Shown here in pieces: positions 39,572-51,212 of a stretch of 64,000 nucleotides of DNA. A model generated the notes under the pieces. The model was not told the origin of the DNA and did no database searches. It saw only the letters and a list, made by a program, of their open reading frames with translations. The translations under genes and the position numbers were made by a program. Within the stretch, counting starts at the first letter, position 1, and every line of letters begins with the position of its first letter. The stretch comes from Vairimorpha necatrix (taxonomy: Eukaryota): NCBI GenBank assembly GCA_036630325.1, contig CP142726.1, forward strand, positions 744,001 to 808,000, given 5' to 3'.

Positions 39572-40627
39572 TTATTGGACTACACTTGTGCTATTATTCT
39601 CAATACTAGTACTCTCAATACTAGTACTCTCAATTTGTCTCATTTTTGTTATCATCTCATCTAAATTTCTCTCTTCATTCCTCAACTTATTTAATATTCC
39701 TTCATTCTTCTCTTTTATGACACACTCAAGTGACTCCTTCAACTTGTGGAATCTTCTCTCTTGACACATCTTATTATTTCTCTCAAAATAAAGTATCTTC
39801 TTCCTATACTCATTATAATACTTAATATGTGTCTTATTAATCAACTCATCAAAATTCTTATAAATCAAAGTCCTTTGTAATCTCTTGAAATCATTTCCTT
39901 CTTCTTTATCAATATCTACAAATCCCCATGAATATTGTCTTCCTCTTATTATTTTATTATTTATCTCATATACCGTCTCACTGGCTATGACAGCGTGGAT
40001 CACCTCTGTATCCTCAATATCTGAATCAGGACTAGTATTGGACAGAGAAGTGAATATACTAATATTATTATCTTGTAAAATGTTATATATATTCTGTTTT
40101 CTAAGTACTAACTCTTCATTAGTGTACATGTCTGCTTTAGTAATTATAGGTATAAAATTAACTAATTTACTTAATTTCATCATAAAATCCATTTCTTTAT
40201 CTGTAAAATGATCAGAAGGAATTAAATAAAGACACACGTGTATACGTGTGTCTTTATGTATCTTATAAGGACCTTGTTCATTCTCAAAATATTCATTATT
40301 CAATTTGTCAATGTACTCTGCTAAAGGCGACAAGTTGTCAGAATGATAAGTAGTAGTAGTAACTTCAAGAGATATTCCATTTTCAATGATCTCATTTTTA
40401 GTGACAGTCAGGCTATTAGGCCTGGACTTGGAGATCAAAGGAACATTAAACAAGGAATTTACTAGAGTCGCGGCACCTAAGGCCCGACGGCCTGTTACTA
40501 GAATATTTATACCGAAGCCGTCTTCTATACTCTTAGTACGGAGTAAATCAGGGACACTACTCAAGCCTATGGCATGTGACAAGTTTATAAGACCTAAGTT
40601 TTCTTCTGAGAAATATTTATCTTTCAT
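39572..40627 (-). CDS. Septin
   Basis: INILVTG....G..TLVNSLF, DTRIHVCLYLI, VNFIPIITKAD, IRGRQYSWG and a C-terminal coiled coil. First in-frame ATG is at 40627; the frame is open to 40714. Confidence 0.93.
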   Translation of the reverse strand: MKDKYFSEENLGLINLSHAIGLSSVPDLLRTKSIEDGFGINILVTGRRALGAATLVNSLFNVPLISKSRPNSLTVTKNEIIENGISLEVTTTTYHSDNLSPLAEYIDKLNNEYFENEQGPYKIHKDTRIHVCLYLIPSDHFTDKEMDFMMKLSKLVNFIPIITKADMYTNEELVLRKQNIYNILQDNNISIFTSLSNTSPDSDIEDTEVIHAVIASETVYEINNKIIRGRQYSWGFVDIDKEEGNDFKRLQRTLIYKNFDELINKTHIKYYNEYRKKILYFERNNKMCQERRFHKLKESLECVIKEKNEGILNKLRNEERNLDEMITKMRQIESTSIESTSIENNSTSVVQ

Positions 40628-41459
40628 TGTTTTGTTATTGTTTTCTGAATTTATTATTAATTTGTTTGGAATGTAACAAATAAACACATGAGTCAAATAC
40701 CAATAAATTAGCAAATGAATTATGTATTTGTAACAGTTTTATGAACAAATTAGACACATTTAAATATAGTTTGAATTTAATATCTTTGATATTAAAAAAG
40801 CTTTGGTTAAGTTTATATTAGATAGGGGATATTTACCTTAAATCTAGAATATATAGACTTAGTTCTTATAGTTGGATTATATAAACTTAGCTCGTTAATA
40901 ATTTGAATATTTAAGAATGTGCTCTCTGTTGTAACTCATAATGTTAATTAGTCGAGATATATTTAAAAGGTTCTTAAGGTAAATAAAGTCAAATAGCATT
41001 GTCTAATGGAAGCGTATTTTAACCATTATATCAATTTTCTAGGACATTGTTTTTTCTTTAAAGTTTACAAACTTATTTTTCATTGTTGGTCTAGTTCGGC
41101 CTAGTCATATTTTATATGAGCTTTCTATTTAGGTCTTATTTTTTACAAATTATCTTATATTTCTATAATATTATAAGTCTAAAAAGACTGTCTCTTAATA
41201 TCTGTAATAGACCGACATGTCAAATCTATCAATATAAAAATCTGACATAGATTTCTTAAGATATTTTATAATAATCCCCCATGTTATCTTAATTTAATCA
41301 TCTTTTTTAATCGTGATCTTTTATAATAAATAAACCCATGTTTTCCCATATTAATTTTATATATCTAATGTATCTAAATGTATCTTAATGTATCTTATTT
41401 ATACTTACTTATACTTTCTTTATTCCCTTTTTCTTATTTGTCTTTTTTTTGCCCCCAAA

Positions 41460-42521
41460 ATGGATTCTAATATTTTATCCTCTCATTTTTATAATACTCC
41501 TCCAATCACCAGATTCCTTTTCATCCTCATTCTTTCTCTTTTCATCCTCGTCTACATAAATGCCATCCAGCCTTACTCTTTATTCTACAGTCCTTTATTC
41601 CTAAAATATCTCGAACTCTGGAGACCTTTTACATGTTTCTTATATTTCGGTAAACCTTCTCTTGAAGTTTTAATCCACATGACATTTCTCTACAGATATT
41701 CTAAAATGTTAGAAGAAGGTTTCTTTTTTACTTCTGATTATTTCTACTTAATATTTATTATTTGGTCTTTATTATTCTTATTCGCTAATATATTTAATAT
41801 TGGTACTATGGCTTCTGCATTTTCAAGTACTATCACTTATATTTGGACAAGGAATAATCCTAATGCTATGGTACAAATGTTCGGGTTTATAAATTTCCCG
41901 GCTTTTTATCTTCCTTTTATTGTACCTTTGTTTATGCTGATTACTGAAAAACATGTTTTATTAGAAGATTTGCTTGGGATTTTCGTGGGACATGTTTATT
42001 ATTTCTTTAAGAGTGTGTATCCTAAATTTGGATTTGATTTGTTGAGGACTCCTTGTATTTTAAAGAGACTTTTTAGAGAGCATCCTGTTGAGTGTTGTAA
42101 GAAAATTAACAAAGCGAGAAAAATATCGCCAAAAGATAAGAGCAATGAACAAAAAAATAATGAAGATGTAACTCAAGATATAACTCAAGATGTAATTCAA
42201 GATATAACTCAAGATGTAATTCAAGATACTACTAATATTAACGAAGATACTACTAATATTAATGAAGATACTACTAATATTCAAGACATATCAAATATCA
42301 GTGGAGATACTACAATTAAAAATGAGTCTATAATTAATAATTCTAATGTATTTGATAAATCAACAGAGAAAGACGAGTCTAAGAGTGCGGGCTTCATAAC
42401 AAATTCCACAATAGGAGAAGAAAGTATAAAAGAATATTTAAATAATAAAGAAAAAGAAGAAGAGGAAGAAGTAAATGGGTGGTCCTCAGAGACCGTCTCA
42501 GAAAGCGACAGCGATTTCTAA
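41460..42521 (+). CDS. DER1: Derlin (Der1-like ERAD membrane protein) with low-complexity acidic tail
   Basis: PPITR, ELWRPFTCFLYFG, YSKMLEEG, YIWTRNNP, AFYLPF, GIFVGHVYYF; CCCCCAAAATG start. Confidence 0.93.
   Translation: MDSNILSSHFYNTPPITRFLFILILSLFILVYINAIQPYSLFYSPLFLKYLELWRPFTCFLYFGKPSLEVLIHMTFLYRYSKMLEEGFFFTSDYFYLIFIIWSLLFLFANIFNIGTMASAFSSTITYIWTRNNPNAMVQMFGFINFPAFYLPFIVPLFMLITEKHVLLEDLLGIFVGHVYYFFKSVYPKFGFDLLRTPCILKRLFREHPVECCKKINKARKISPKDKSNEQKNNEDVTQDITQDVIQDITQDVIQDTTNINEDTTNINEDTTNIQDISNISGDTTIKNESIINNSNVFDKSTEKDESKSAGFITNSTIGEESIKEYLNNKEKEEEEEVNGWSSETVSESDSDF
42165..42284 (+). repeat. Coding tandem repeats in the Derlin tail (12 bp x5, then 21 bp x~3)
   Basis: DVTQ DITQ DVIQ DITQ DVIQ followed by DTTNINE x2 and DTTNIQ. 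Confidence 0.95.
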
Positions 42522-42622
42522 TAAAGCCTTAATATTTAAAAAAACATTTTATATATTTTTTGAAAAATTTAAAAAATTTTATTTTTTAGTATGTTAATTA
42601 AAAATTAAACAACAAAATATTA

Positions 42623-42681
42623 ACAAATTAATTTAAAATCTTGACAAATTAATTTAAAATCTTGACAAATTAATTTAAAAT
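42623..42681. repeat. 21-bp tandem repeat x~2.8 in a convergent intergenic region
   Basis: ACAAATTAATTTAAAATCTTG repeated. Confidence 0.9.
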
Positions 42682-42710
42682 ATTTATCATAATATTTCAA
42701 ATTTATTAGT

Positions 42711-44411
42711 TTAGATTACACTCTTCTTGGTTAAGATCCCAAGTGGCACATTCTTAATATTCCCATTTACTATCTTTATTACACAATTCTTCGTATACTC
42801 GTCAATCTCCAAAAGTATCGCAGATTTCCCTATATCTTCCCCTTGCATCACTACAACCGTATCTTCTTTACCAGGTACTACAAATCGGACTGACGACTTA
42901 TCAAATACGCCATTATTCGTCAAATATTTATTCCCACTTAAACATTCTATTATAAATTCATCTCCTTTATGATTTATCAAAGCTCCTTTAAATGTCTCAT
43001 CTGACCCATCAAATCTATCAATACTTCTTTCAATATTAAAATGTAATAAATCTGGTTCATAAGCCGGCGTCTTAGTCACAATACTGGAAAATGTCTTCTT
43101 TGTATTTCTTTCTATTTCAATATTCACATTTGTCTCTACTAAATCTTCTTTAGGGACTGTAACAAATTTCAAATTAGAAATTATTTGAACTCTACATTTA
43201 TTCATATAAGAATCTTTTACTATACCAATATACCCTTTATATTGTCCTTTACTAATTTGTACTTGTTTATTTACCAAATTATCTCTTTTTATTACTGGTC
43301 TAATCTTATCTTTTCTAATAACTTCTTTTGTAAATGGTATTGGTTTTTTTAAAAAATCAATACTAGTTTCTACTTCTTCTGTAAAATTTTTTAAAGCTAC
43401 AAAATATTTTCTATCTTTAATATTTGTTATAATTCCATTTTCATTACCAAAACAAACTTCTTCACCAATTTCGTAAAATTTTTCTAAAAAATTTGAAAAA
43501 ATTTCATAAAATTTTTTTTCTGATTCTATGACTGACATTTGACCAGTCACAGATTTTATAATTCCTTTTAGGCCTATTAATTCCCCTTTTATTACTTGTA
43601 CTTTATCTCCAGAATCAAATATTTTTCTAATATTAAATTGTTCTAATTCTTCGAAATTTGGTTCTACATCTAAATCTATACTACTTTTTAAAATTTCTTT
43701 TTCTAAATATCCTTGTACATATAAATCTCTTTTATAAATAAATCTATCTTCTCCGTCTTTTATAACTTCATCTTTGTATTCTTCAGGATCAAATAACTTT
43801 TTAATATTATTTATACGAGGCATGACTCTGATTTTTATCATGTCTCCGTCATTGTCAATGACTCGCACTAAGTCGCCTTTATATTTCCCTTTTTTCAATC
43901 TACCAAATTCTACGTTCTTATATTCATTTCTATAAGTCAAAGCTTCTATCATTTCATTGTAAGGGACGACACTTATTTTATTTTTATTTATACCTCTGAC
44001 TCTATCAAAAGAGTCTAAAACTTGTTGTTTCTGGAATGCTTCTATGTAAATGTATCCTTTGAGACCATCTTTGGCAATTATTGAACAGATTTTCGGATTA
44101 TTCTGTAGAATTCTAAGGACGATTTCTTTTTCTTTACCTCTTTTTACTCGGACTAGAAATAATCTCGGGGAAGATTTCTTAGGTAAGAAATTGGCCTGGG
44201 AGACACTGGCGTCTTCGTCAAAATCTTCTTCTTCCTCCTCTTCTTCGTCATAGACTTCAAGATCTGCATATTTCTGCTCTATCCTTCTTGCCATTTCTGA
44301 GTAATTAGAAGTCGGGAATCTTAGAGTTGGAGTGTCTAAATCTTCTGATTCTTCTTCACTGTCTGACTCTGCCTCTAGACAGACATATTTATTCACTTTC
44401 CTTTTCGACAT
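42711..44411 (-). CDS. SPT5: Transcription elongation factor SPT5
   Basis: Acidic N-terminus, NGN domain (LFLVRVKRGKEKE..LKGYIYIEAF) and several KOW motifs (GKYKGDL, GELIGLKG, GQYKGYIG). Confidence 0.95.
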   Translation of the reverse strand: MSKRKVNKYVCLEAESDSEEESEDLDTPTLRFPTSNYSEMARRIEQKYADLEVYDEEEEEEEDFDEDASVSQANFLPKKSSPRLFLVRVKRGKEKEIVLRILQNNPKICSIIAKDGLKGYIYIEAFQKQQVLDSFDRVRGINKNKISVVPYNEMIEALTYRNEYKNVEFGRLKKGKYKGDLVRVIDNDGDMIKIRVMPRINNIKKLFDPEEYKDEVIKDGEDRFIYKRDLYVQGYLEKEILKSSIDLDVEPNFEELEQFNIRKIFDSGDKVQVIKGELIGLKGIIKSVTGQMSVIESEKKFYEIFSNFLEKFYEIGEEVCFGNENGIITNIKDRKYFVALKNFTEEVETSIDFLKKPIPFTKEVIRKDKIRPVIKRDNLVNKQVQISKGQYKGYIGIVKDSYMNKCRVQIISNLKFVTVPKEDLVETNVNIEIERNTKKTFSSIVTKTPAYEPDLLHFNIERSIDRFDGSDETFKGALINHKGDEFIIECLSGNKYLTNNGVFDKSSVRFVVPGKEDTVVVMQGEDIGKSAILLEIDEYTKNCVIKIVNGNIKNVPLGILTKKSVI

Positions 44412-44703
44412 TGGGGGTCAAAATGGGCAACTTTTAATATTAAAAATACGACTTAATAAGCAAAATGAGACACGGATAAATTAATATTACAGAATTAAGA
44501 AAGATATACCTTACTAGTTTAATTAGTAATTATAAATATAATTTGTGTTTTAGTCCAAACAAAATGTTAAGTTAAAATATCTTATCTTATGATAACAAAA
44601 ATATAAACTTGTAATTTCTTCAAAAATATTTCACTATAAATATTTTCTTCATTTTTACCAATGCATAATACAAAAGAAAGCAATGGAAGACAAATTTGTA
44701 AAA

Positions 44704-44884
44704 GCCCAACCCCCTTGTATCGTAGTAACAAAACACAACAACATACGATGGTACAGGAGAAGACAAAGATAATTATTTCTGTCTTGATTCATTTCCCACA
44801 AGCAAAGCCATAATTTCTTTTTTGGCAAAAGTATTAAGATAAATTGTGGGATTATTTAAGCATTGTACGCAGGGGAAGGTTAGG
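44704..44884 (-). ncRNA. Candidate multi-hairpin structured RNA (unassigned)
   Basis: Nested complementary pairs: CCCAACC/GGTTAGG closing, ATCGTA/TACGAT, AAGACA/TGTCTT, CCCACAA/TTGTGGG and GCCA/TGGC. A G-U pair favours the minus strand. Confidence 0.3.
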
Positions 44885-45108
44885 AAATCCATACAGGGAG
44901 AATAATAGGAAGAATAAGTACAAGCCTACTGAAAGCAGAGGTATAAATAGTAGATATCATATTTATACATAAAGCTTGTCTTTATAAATTTAACTCCGTA
45001 AAAGCGGGTATTATTCATAATTATATCGCATCTAGAAATATAAAGAGTCTAAGCTTATAATACCAGAGAAGAAACATTGTAGTATCATCACAGCTTATTA
45101 TTTGAAAT

Positions 45109-45770
45109 CTTTTTTTCATGTGAGTAAGAGGTAGAGAAAACTCTAGCCATTGGCCATAAAGAAATGCAAACTTTATTTTTTAAATGACTGATATTGTGAG
45201 ATTTTATTTCACTAAAACTCCTACAATTAAACCAGGAGGCGCAGTAAGCTCTGCCATGTCCTTTAGACAACTACTCTGTATAACAACGTTACTATGAATA
45301 TTATATCACGTCTAGAAAAATCTACAGCACGAAAAATTACCTAACTCGGTTTAAATCTTATAAAGATATCTAAAAAAACATTAAGACCTTTATTTTGTAC
45401 CGCAAAAGCCCCCTAGGACACCAAGACTGCTTTTTATGGGCGGAGAGAGCACTTTTTTCATGAATATTGTGTAGCCTGTTAAATAACACTGTAAAATAGG
45501 CCCACGCGGCCCTTTTTGATCTACTTCGTCTAGTCTCTTAATTAACACAAAACGTGCACAAAAATAGGCAGCTGCATGCTGTTCCAGAGAAATCTTCAAA
45601 TATCAATAATTTACCATAAGCGTAATATTATTTCACCTTGAAAGTGCGTTTCTACACTATCAATAATCTTCCTATGGTTGGCGCACACGGGTTCATGATA
45701 TTAACACAATGATTTTTGTATACATTTTCATCATCTAAAATTTTCCAACAACAATAAAAACTAATTTTTT
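45109..45770 (-). mobile_element. SINE-like retroposon, strongly divergent subfamily copy
   Basis: Retains in order AGATGATGAAAATGT, TAGTGTAGAAACGCAC, TAAGAGACTAGACGAAGTA, GAGTTTTAGTGA..AATCTCACA, then CCTCTTACT plus A-tail. Spacers are divergent and the head is unclear. Confidence 0.8.
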
Positions 45771-47157
45771 TAGATCCCCCAATGGTTTAACTAAGAAACA
45801 GCCACTGGGCACGCCTAACATTTCCCGCAAATTTATTATTAATTTAAAAGGGTTTTTTAACTTTAAACATAAGTTACATAAATAAAGGTCATGTGAAAAG
45901 TGTGGTTAGACTTAAAGCTGGCTTGAAATTGAAGAAGATGTATACGTGTATCGAAATTCATTTTATTAGTCATAAGGCAAGTTAATTGATAAAATAATTT
46001 ATAGAAAAAAAATCCGCCATCGATCTGAACAATTTCGAAGAAGATGTTGACGAATAAACTATAAAATAAATGGTCTATAATATACAGAATACTATGTTAG
46101 TTTCTTCATCATATTTATCTTAGAAATGCAGTTTTAAATCATAGACCTGGTAAATACATTTAACAAAATGCCTATTATTCTATGGTATTGGTATGTACTT
46201 ATGTATTTGAATCTCAAAAATTTAACGATTGTTGACCATGTAATGTTTTTTCAAGAGGTTAATTTTAAAGGGAAATTTCAACTATTGATGTTGATGATAA
46301 TCTTTTTGTTTTGATTCTTTTGCGTGTTCTGAGGATGTTAAGGGCTCTATGGGGGTTAAATATACCATATGTTGAATTGCAATTTCAACTATGCAAAAGC
46401 TCAAAATTATTTTACTGGCTTCCCCTATTATTTTTGCAATCTTTGTTTAAACGATAATTTTACTTTATATGTTTATTGCAGATAAATATCTATAATAAAC
46501 GTTAATTTGAACAGATACATCAAAATTTTTGATTTAAAACATCCAAAAGTTAAATAACAGATATTTGTTATAACTTAAAACCACATATCTTGTATTTGTT
46601 CACTAAAAGATGATTAATGAAAATTTAAAAAAAAAAGTTTTTACAAAAAAAACAATTTCTGCTAAAAAATCTTCTTATAAACAATTAGCCCTACAATAGC
46701 GCTTTTGTTTATAATTACATTATTGGCTTTTTAACTGCAAACATTTCTAGATTTTTGTGTTTTGAAATTATAAGCTAAAATGTGAAATTTATATATTAAA
46801 AAATTACAGCGTAAACTCGTCTTTAGTATTTTATCCCCGTTAAAGCTCTTTTTATAGTAATTCATCGTTTAATATATGATTGATTAATTGGAAATACAAT
46901 AAAGTAACTAACTAAAAACTAAAAAAAACTAAAGTTTTTCAATGGCGCAATTCTTTGATTATTACACTTTTTTTTTACTTTAACTATATCTGTCAAACTT
47001 CTCATTGATTATAATGTCGGTAAAAGTGATATCATATAGAATTTTTTTATTACAGAAGATAAAAAATCATAGTAGCATTTTCATCGACATAAAATATATT
47101 GCGCTTGCGTGTTAAATTTCAAAATTATCTATATATCTTCGTTTTTTTTAATCCCAT

Positions 47158-48540
47158 ATGAATGAAAATGAAGATATATTAGAATGGGTAAAATTTATAA
47201 ATATACCCGATTATACAATATTTAAAAAAAGAACTCCACATCTCAATAGATACACAAGTAAAAACACAAAAAATCTTAATAAGTGGTATATAAGAATTGT
47301 CAAGAACGATAATCCTCTTATAGGATATAAATATTGGATTAATGTAAATGGATATCTAGACAATAATACCTTCATTCGAAGCTCGCCCATTTATAATATA
47401 TATGGTCCTTTAGAAGTACTTACTGCCCACACTAAGTATAATTTAGCTGAAGATAGTGAAGTATTAAGCATTTCTCCGCATATTAAGTTTGAAAAAAGTA
47501 AATTAAGAAAGTTTAGCAAGGGATTTCCTAATGACTGGAAGGAGTTGGTCACAAAACAGCTTACAAAGATATTTGGGCAAGGTATAAAAGCGAATATGTT
47601 AGATTGTGAGAAAAAGTTAACTTCATTTGAAAAAATATATAATGATATATTTGACAATCAAGAAGCAGAAAATGTAGATGCAGAATGGGAAGAGTTACAA
47701 GTCCCTTGTCTTAAATTGAAAGATGACGATATACTTCAAGAAGATAGTCTCGAAGACAATGGCCTGATAGAGCAAGACTATATAGAAGAAAATCATGATA
47801 CATTAGAAACTGAAGAGCAATTAAAAAACAATACAAAAAAAATCAAGAGTAAAATATCATTGAGACGTCAAGCCACGCTTAAACTATCAAAAGATGAAGT
47901 TAGCGAAGACATAGAAATAATGTCCTTCTATTTAGCTTCTAAGAAACCACAAAATGAAAACAGTAAATGTATGAGAACAAACATGAAAGAGCCGATAATT
48001 AATATAGACAAGTCATTTATTCTGACACATGAGGAAAATATGTCATTAGATACTGAAAACGAGAATAACAATGATAATATTCTCAAGACAAAAAAGCTAA
48101 ACAAAAATGAAGAACCGGGATTTCATACAAATATAAAAGATGAACACGCCATAACGACAAAATTCGAAGAAAAACCAAGAGATAGAGCAAGTTTAAAAGA
48201 TAGTGAAAACCAAAAAATAGATATCAATGAAATAGACGAATCGGGACAATCCTTCGAAAGCGTTACGGATACCTACAATAGTTCAAAATGCAACACAAAT
48301 ATAGAACTTAACATCAATGAGAACATCGAAGGCGATTCTGAATATACCATAGACAGTAGTTACAACACTATGGATATACTTTCTTCGGGTGTAACACCAG
48401 ATGATATAAAAGATAAAGATTATTTACAGGACTCCAAATTAATCGAGAGCATTCTAGGTTTAGGGAAAATGATGGAACTTATATCATTTGATCATGTATA
48501 CTCAGGTAAAGTAAAGAAAAGAAAGAGAAAAGAAAACTAG
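47158..48540 (+). CDS. SANTA-domain (KNL2/M18BP1-like) protein paralog, 3' end decayed (possible pseudogene)
   Basis: LNKWYI..INVNG..RSSPI..LTA..Y.L..FSKGFPNDWK. Similarity to 57660-59318 continues past the stop in broken frames (YEEVSNK, ~48660). Confidence 0.7.
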   Translation: MNENEDILEWVKFINIPDYTIFKKRTPHLNRYTSKNTKNLNKWYIRIVKNDNPLIGYKYWINVNGYLDNNTFIRSSPIYNIYGPLEVLTAHTKYNLAEDSEVLSISPHIKFEKSKLRKFSKGFPNDWKELVTKQLTKIFGQGIKANMLDCEKKLTSFEKIYNDIFDNQEAENVDAEWEELQVPCLKLKDDDILQEDSLEDNGLIEQDYIEENHDTLETEEQLKNNTKKIKSKISLRRQATLKLSKDEVSEDIEIMSFYLASKKPQNENSKCMRTNMKEPIINIDKSFILTHEENMSLDTENENNNDNILKTKKLNKNEEPGFHTNIKDEHAITTKFEEKPRDRASLKDSENQKIDINEIDESGQSFESVTDTYNSSKCNTNIELNINENIEGDSEYTIDSSYNTMDILSSGVTPDDIKDKDYLQDSKLIESILGLGKMMELISFDHVYSGKVKKRKRKEN

Positions 48541-49825
48541 ACATAAAAAGATCATGTAAGCTTAAAAAATTTAAGAATGCAAGTATGAAAAGTAAAGAGA
48601 GCACTATTGACACTTGTTACAGAATAACATGAAAAAAGAATAGACTTGTCAAACTAAATTATATGAAGAAGTAAGCAATAAAAAGGAAAGCACATATAAA
48701 CTCAGTATAGGAAACTCAAAAATTTCGAAAACTAAATAATGAACAAAGCGAAACAAAAAAAAAAGAAAAATTCAATACGTCATAAATACATACATAAATA
48801 AGAGGTCTCTAATGAATATAACAAATAAAAGAACTATGAAGAACATAAAATAAATACGTAGCTAAATATCTTAAATAAATAAACTGAAATAAAAGTAATA
48901 AACAAAGAACTAAGGAGGATGATTATTTTATTAAAGAAATTATACAAGCAACTGCAATAATCTAAAATGAAAAAAAATAAACCTAATATTTTCATATAAA
49001 AAAAATTATGTTTTTCAATACGTGCATGTCTCCCGCATATACTTGAGATCGACATCACTGCTGCTAGATAAAATCTTAGATAAAAAAGAGAGGAAAAAAA
49101 TGCACATATAAAGACGGGGCAACCCCCGAAAATATTAAAATAAATTTAATTAAGAAAAATATTATTCAGTAAATATAAAACTCTATATGCATCATAGTAT
49201 ATTACCATACAATAAATAAAAAAAGGATACCTTTAGTCGTAAATATAGGCTCGAAAATTTCATATTAAATAATCATTGATGTCGAAGATAGTTTACAAAT
49301 ATTGGGTTAAGAGATAAAAAACAGAAATTTCGACAAGACCAAAGAATCCTATATTTGAGACTTGTTAAAACTTTGCTATAATACCAATTTGTTCATATTA
49401 GGCTTTAAGAATTGTAAAAATGTTTTGTATGACTAGGCATAGAAACTTTTTGTCTACATAAAACTCGCCTCAACGACAGGAAAAATGTAAAAAAAAGCGA
49501 TTTGTGTGCGTAAAATTGCATATGAGTTATAAAAAAGATTTTATTGAAACTCTTCAGGTAAGATTGGCGAGCTATCATAAGATACTGATAATTTAATACT
49601 TAAGGTTGCATGAACACAGCCTTAATATTCTGTAACAAACTTGAATTTAACTTTTAAGAATTACGTTCATAGTTTAACAGTGCAATGAGGAATGATTTTT
49701 CACCGATTTCAAAATATTTTAGCGAAAATTGGACCATAATAGGGCCATATGTGTAAAAACAAAATTGTTATCATGTTATGCAATCTGATCGATAATTATA
49801 TATTGCAAGAATTTTTTGGAAAAAA

Positions 49826-51055
49826 GATACTATTAGCCCACGCATTTGAGGCGCTACGATTTTTTTTTCGAACCCCAAAAAGAAGTGCAAAAAAGGAGGA
49901 GAAAATAGGGAACAAAAAATACTGACCACTTTCGATAGTTAAAATCTTTAATAAAAACATAAAACGCCTTTAATTAAATTTTTATACCAAGATATATCCT
50001 TTTTTTGTGTTTAAATATATGATTTACATTTTAACAATTTATACAAATTTCAAAAATTTTTAATAAATAAATCCCTTAAAAATGATCAAGAAGTACAAAT
50101 GCATCGAAGGAATCATGAATGCATTGATAGAAATTAAATAACCACTATTTTTGTCCACTTTGCATTGGTAATTTAAAAAGATGCAAAAAAAAACTTAAAA
50201 TAAACTCATTTTTCAACAGGAACATGTAGGAAAAGTATTATTATTACAAACAAAAAGCCTTTTTTCAACGCAAGATTACCATGGTTAAAAATATGTCAGG
50301 TGATTTTTTGTTTATTGATATTACTTCTTTAAAAAATATATTATCTATAAGTAGAAAACCAATTAATGCAATTATTAGTGATGTTAGCAAGAATGTTACC
50401 GGTAATAAGAAGATTGGAGGACCTGGTATCATTGTAGAGATTGACGAATCTAAATTTGGGGAAAGGAAATACAATAAAGGACACAAAGTTGAATGTGTCT
50501 GGGTACTTGGAATGGTCGAAAGTACAAAAGAAAGGGTATAGTCTTACTTAATGTAAAAAATAGGAAAGCTGAAACTTTTGAAGGTTGTATCAAAGAGTAC
50601 GTACTTTCTGGCTCCATAATCTATACAGAATATTGGAAAGGATTCTCAAATCTATCAAAAATAGGAATATATGACCACTATGCGGTAAATCGTTCATTCG
50701 GGTTTGTAAATCCAATTTATGGAGTCCATACAAATACGATCGAAGGAACTTGGTCTGCAGTAAAAAGAGTAATACCGATAAAAAACCGAACAAAAATGAT
50801 ATAAATTGCATTTTAAACATTTTTGCATTCAAAAATTTAATTCATATAACCCCGTACAATCTTATTAAACAAAAGTTTTAACTAAAAAACTTGGTAAAAA
50901 AAAAATTTAAGGTGTTTTATGTTATTATTAAGAATTTTAACTATCGAAAGTGGTCAGTATTTTTTGTCCCCTATTTTCTCTTCTTTTTTTGCACTTCATT
51001 TTCGGGGTTCGAAAAAAAAATCGTAGTGCCTTAAATACGTGGGCTGATAGTTATC
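49826..51055 (+). mobile_element. Merlin (ISXO2-like DDE) transposon with ~160-bp TIRs and frameshifted transposase
   Basis: KIGGPGIIVEIDESKFGERKYNKG..WVLGMVE, IYTEYWKG, HYAVN..FVNP..HTNTIEGTW; 49826-49990 is inverted at 50890-51055. Confidence 0.95.
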
Positions 51056-51212
51056 TTTAGCCTCATTGAGTATTTTGACATCAACGTAAAATGTGAAAAT
51101 TTTGTTTGAAATTGTTATGTGTGTATATTTATATCATGTAAATTTTTTTTTTCAGATTTTGACATTTATTCGTACTTTTTTTTAATATAACTTGAAATTT
51201 TTTTTTAATTTT

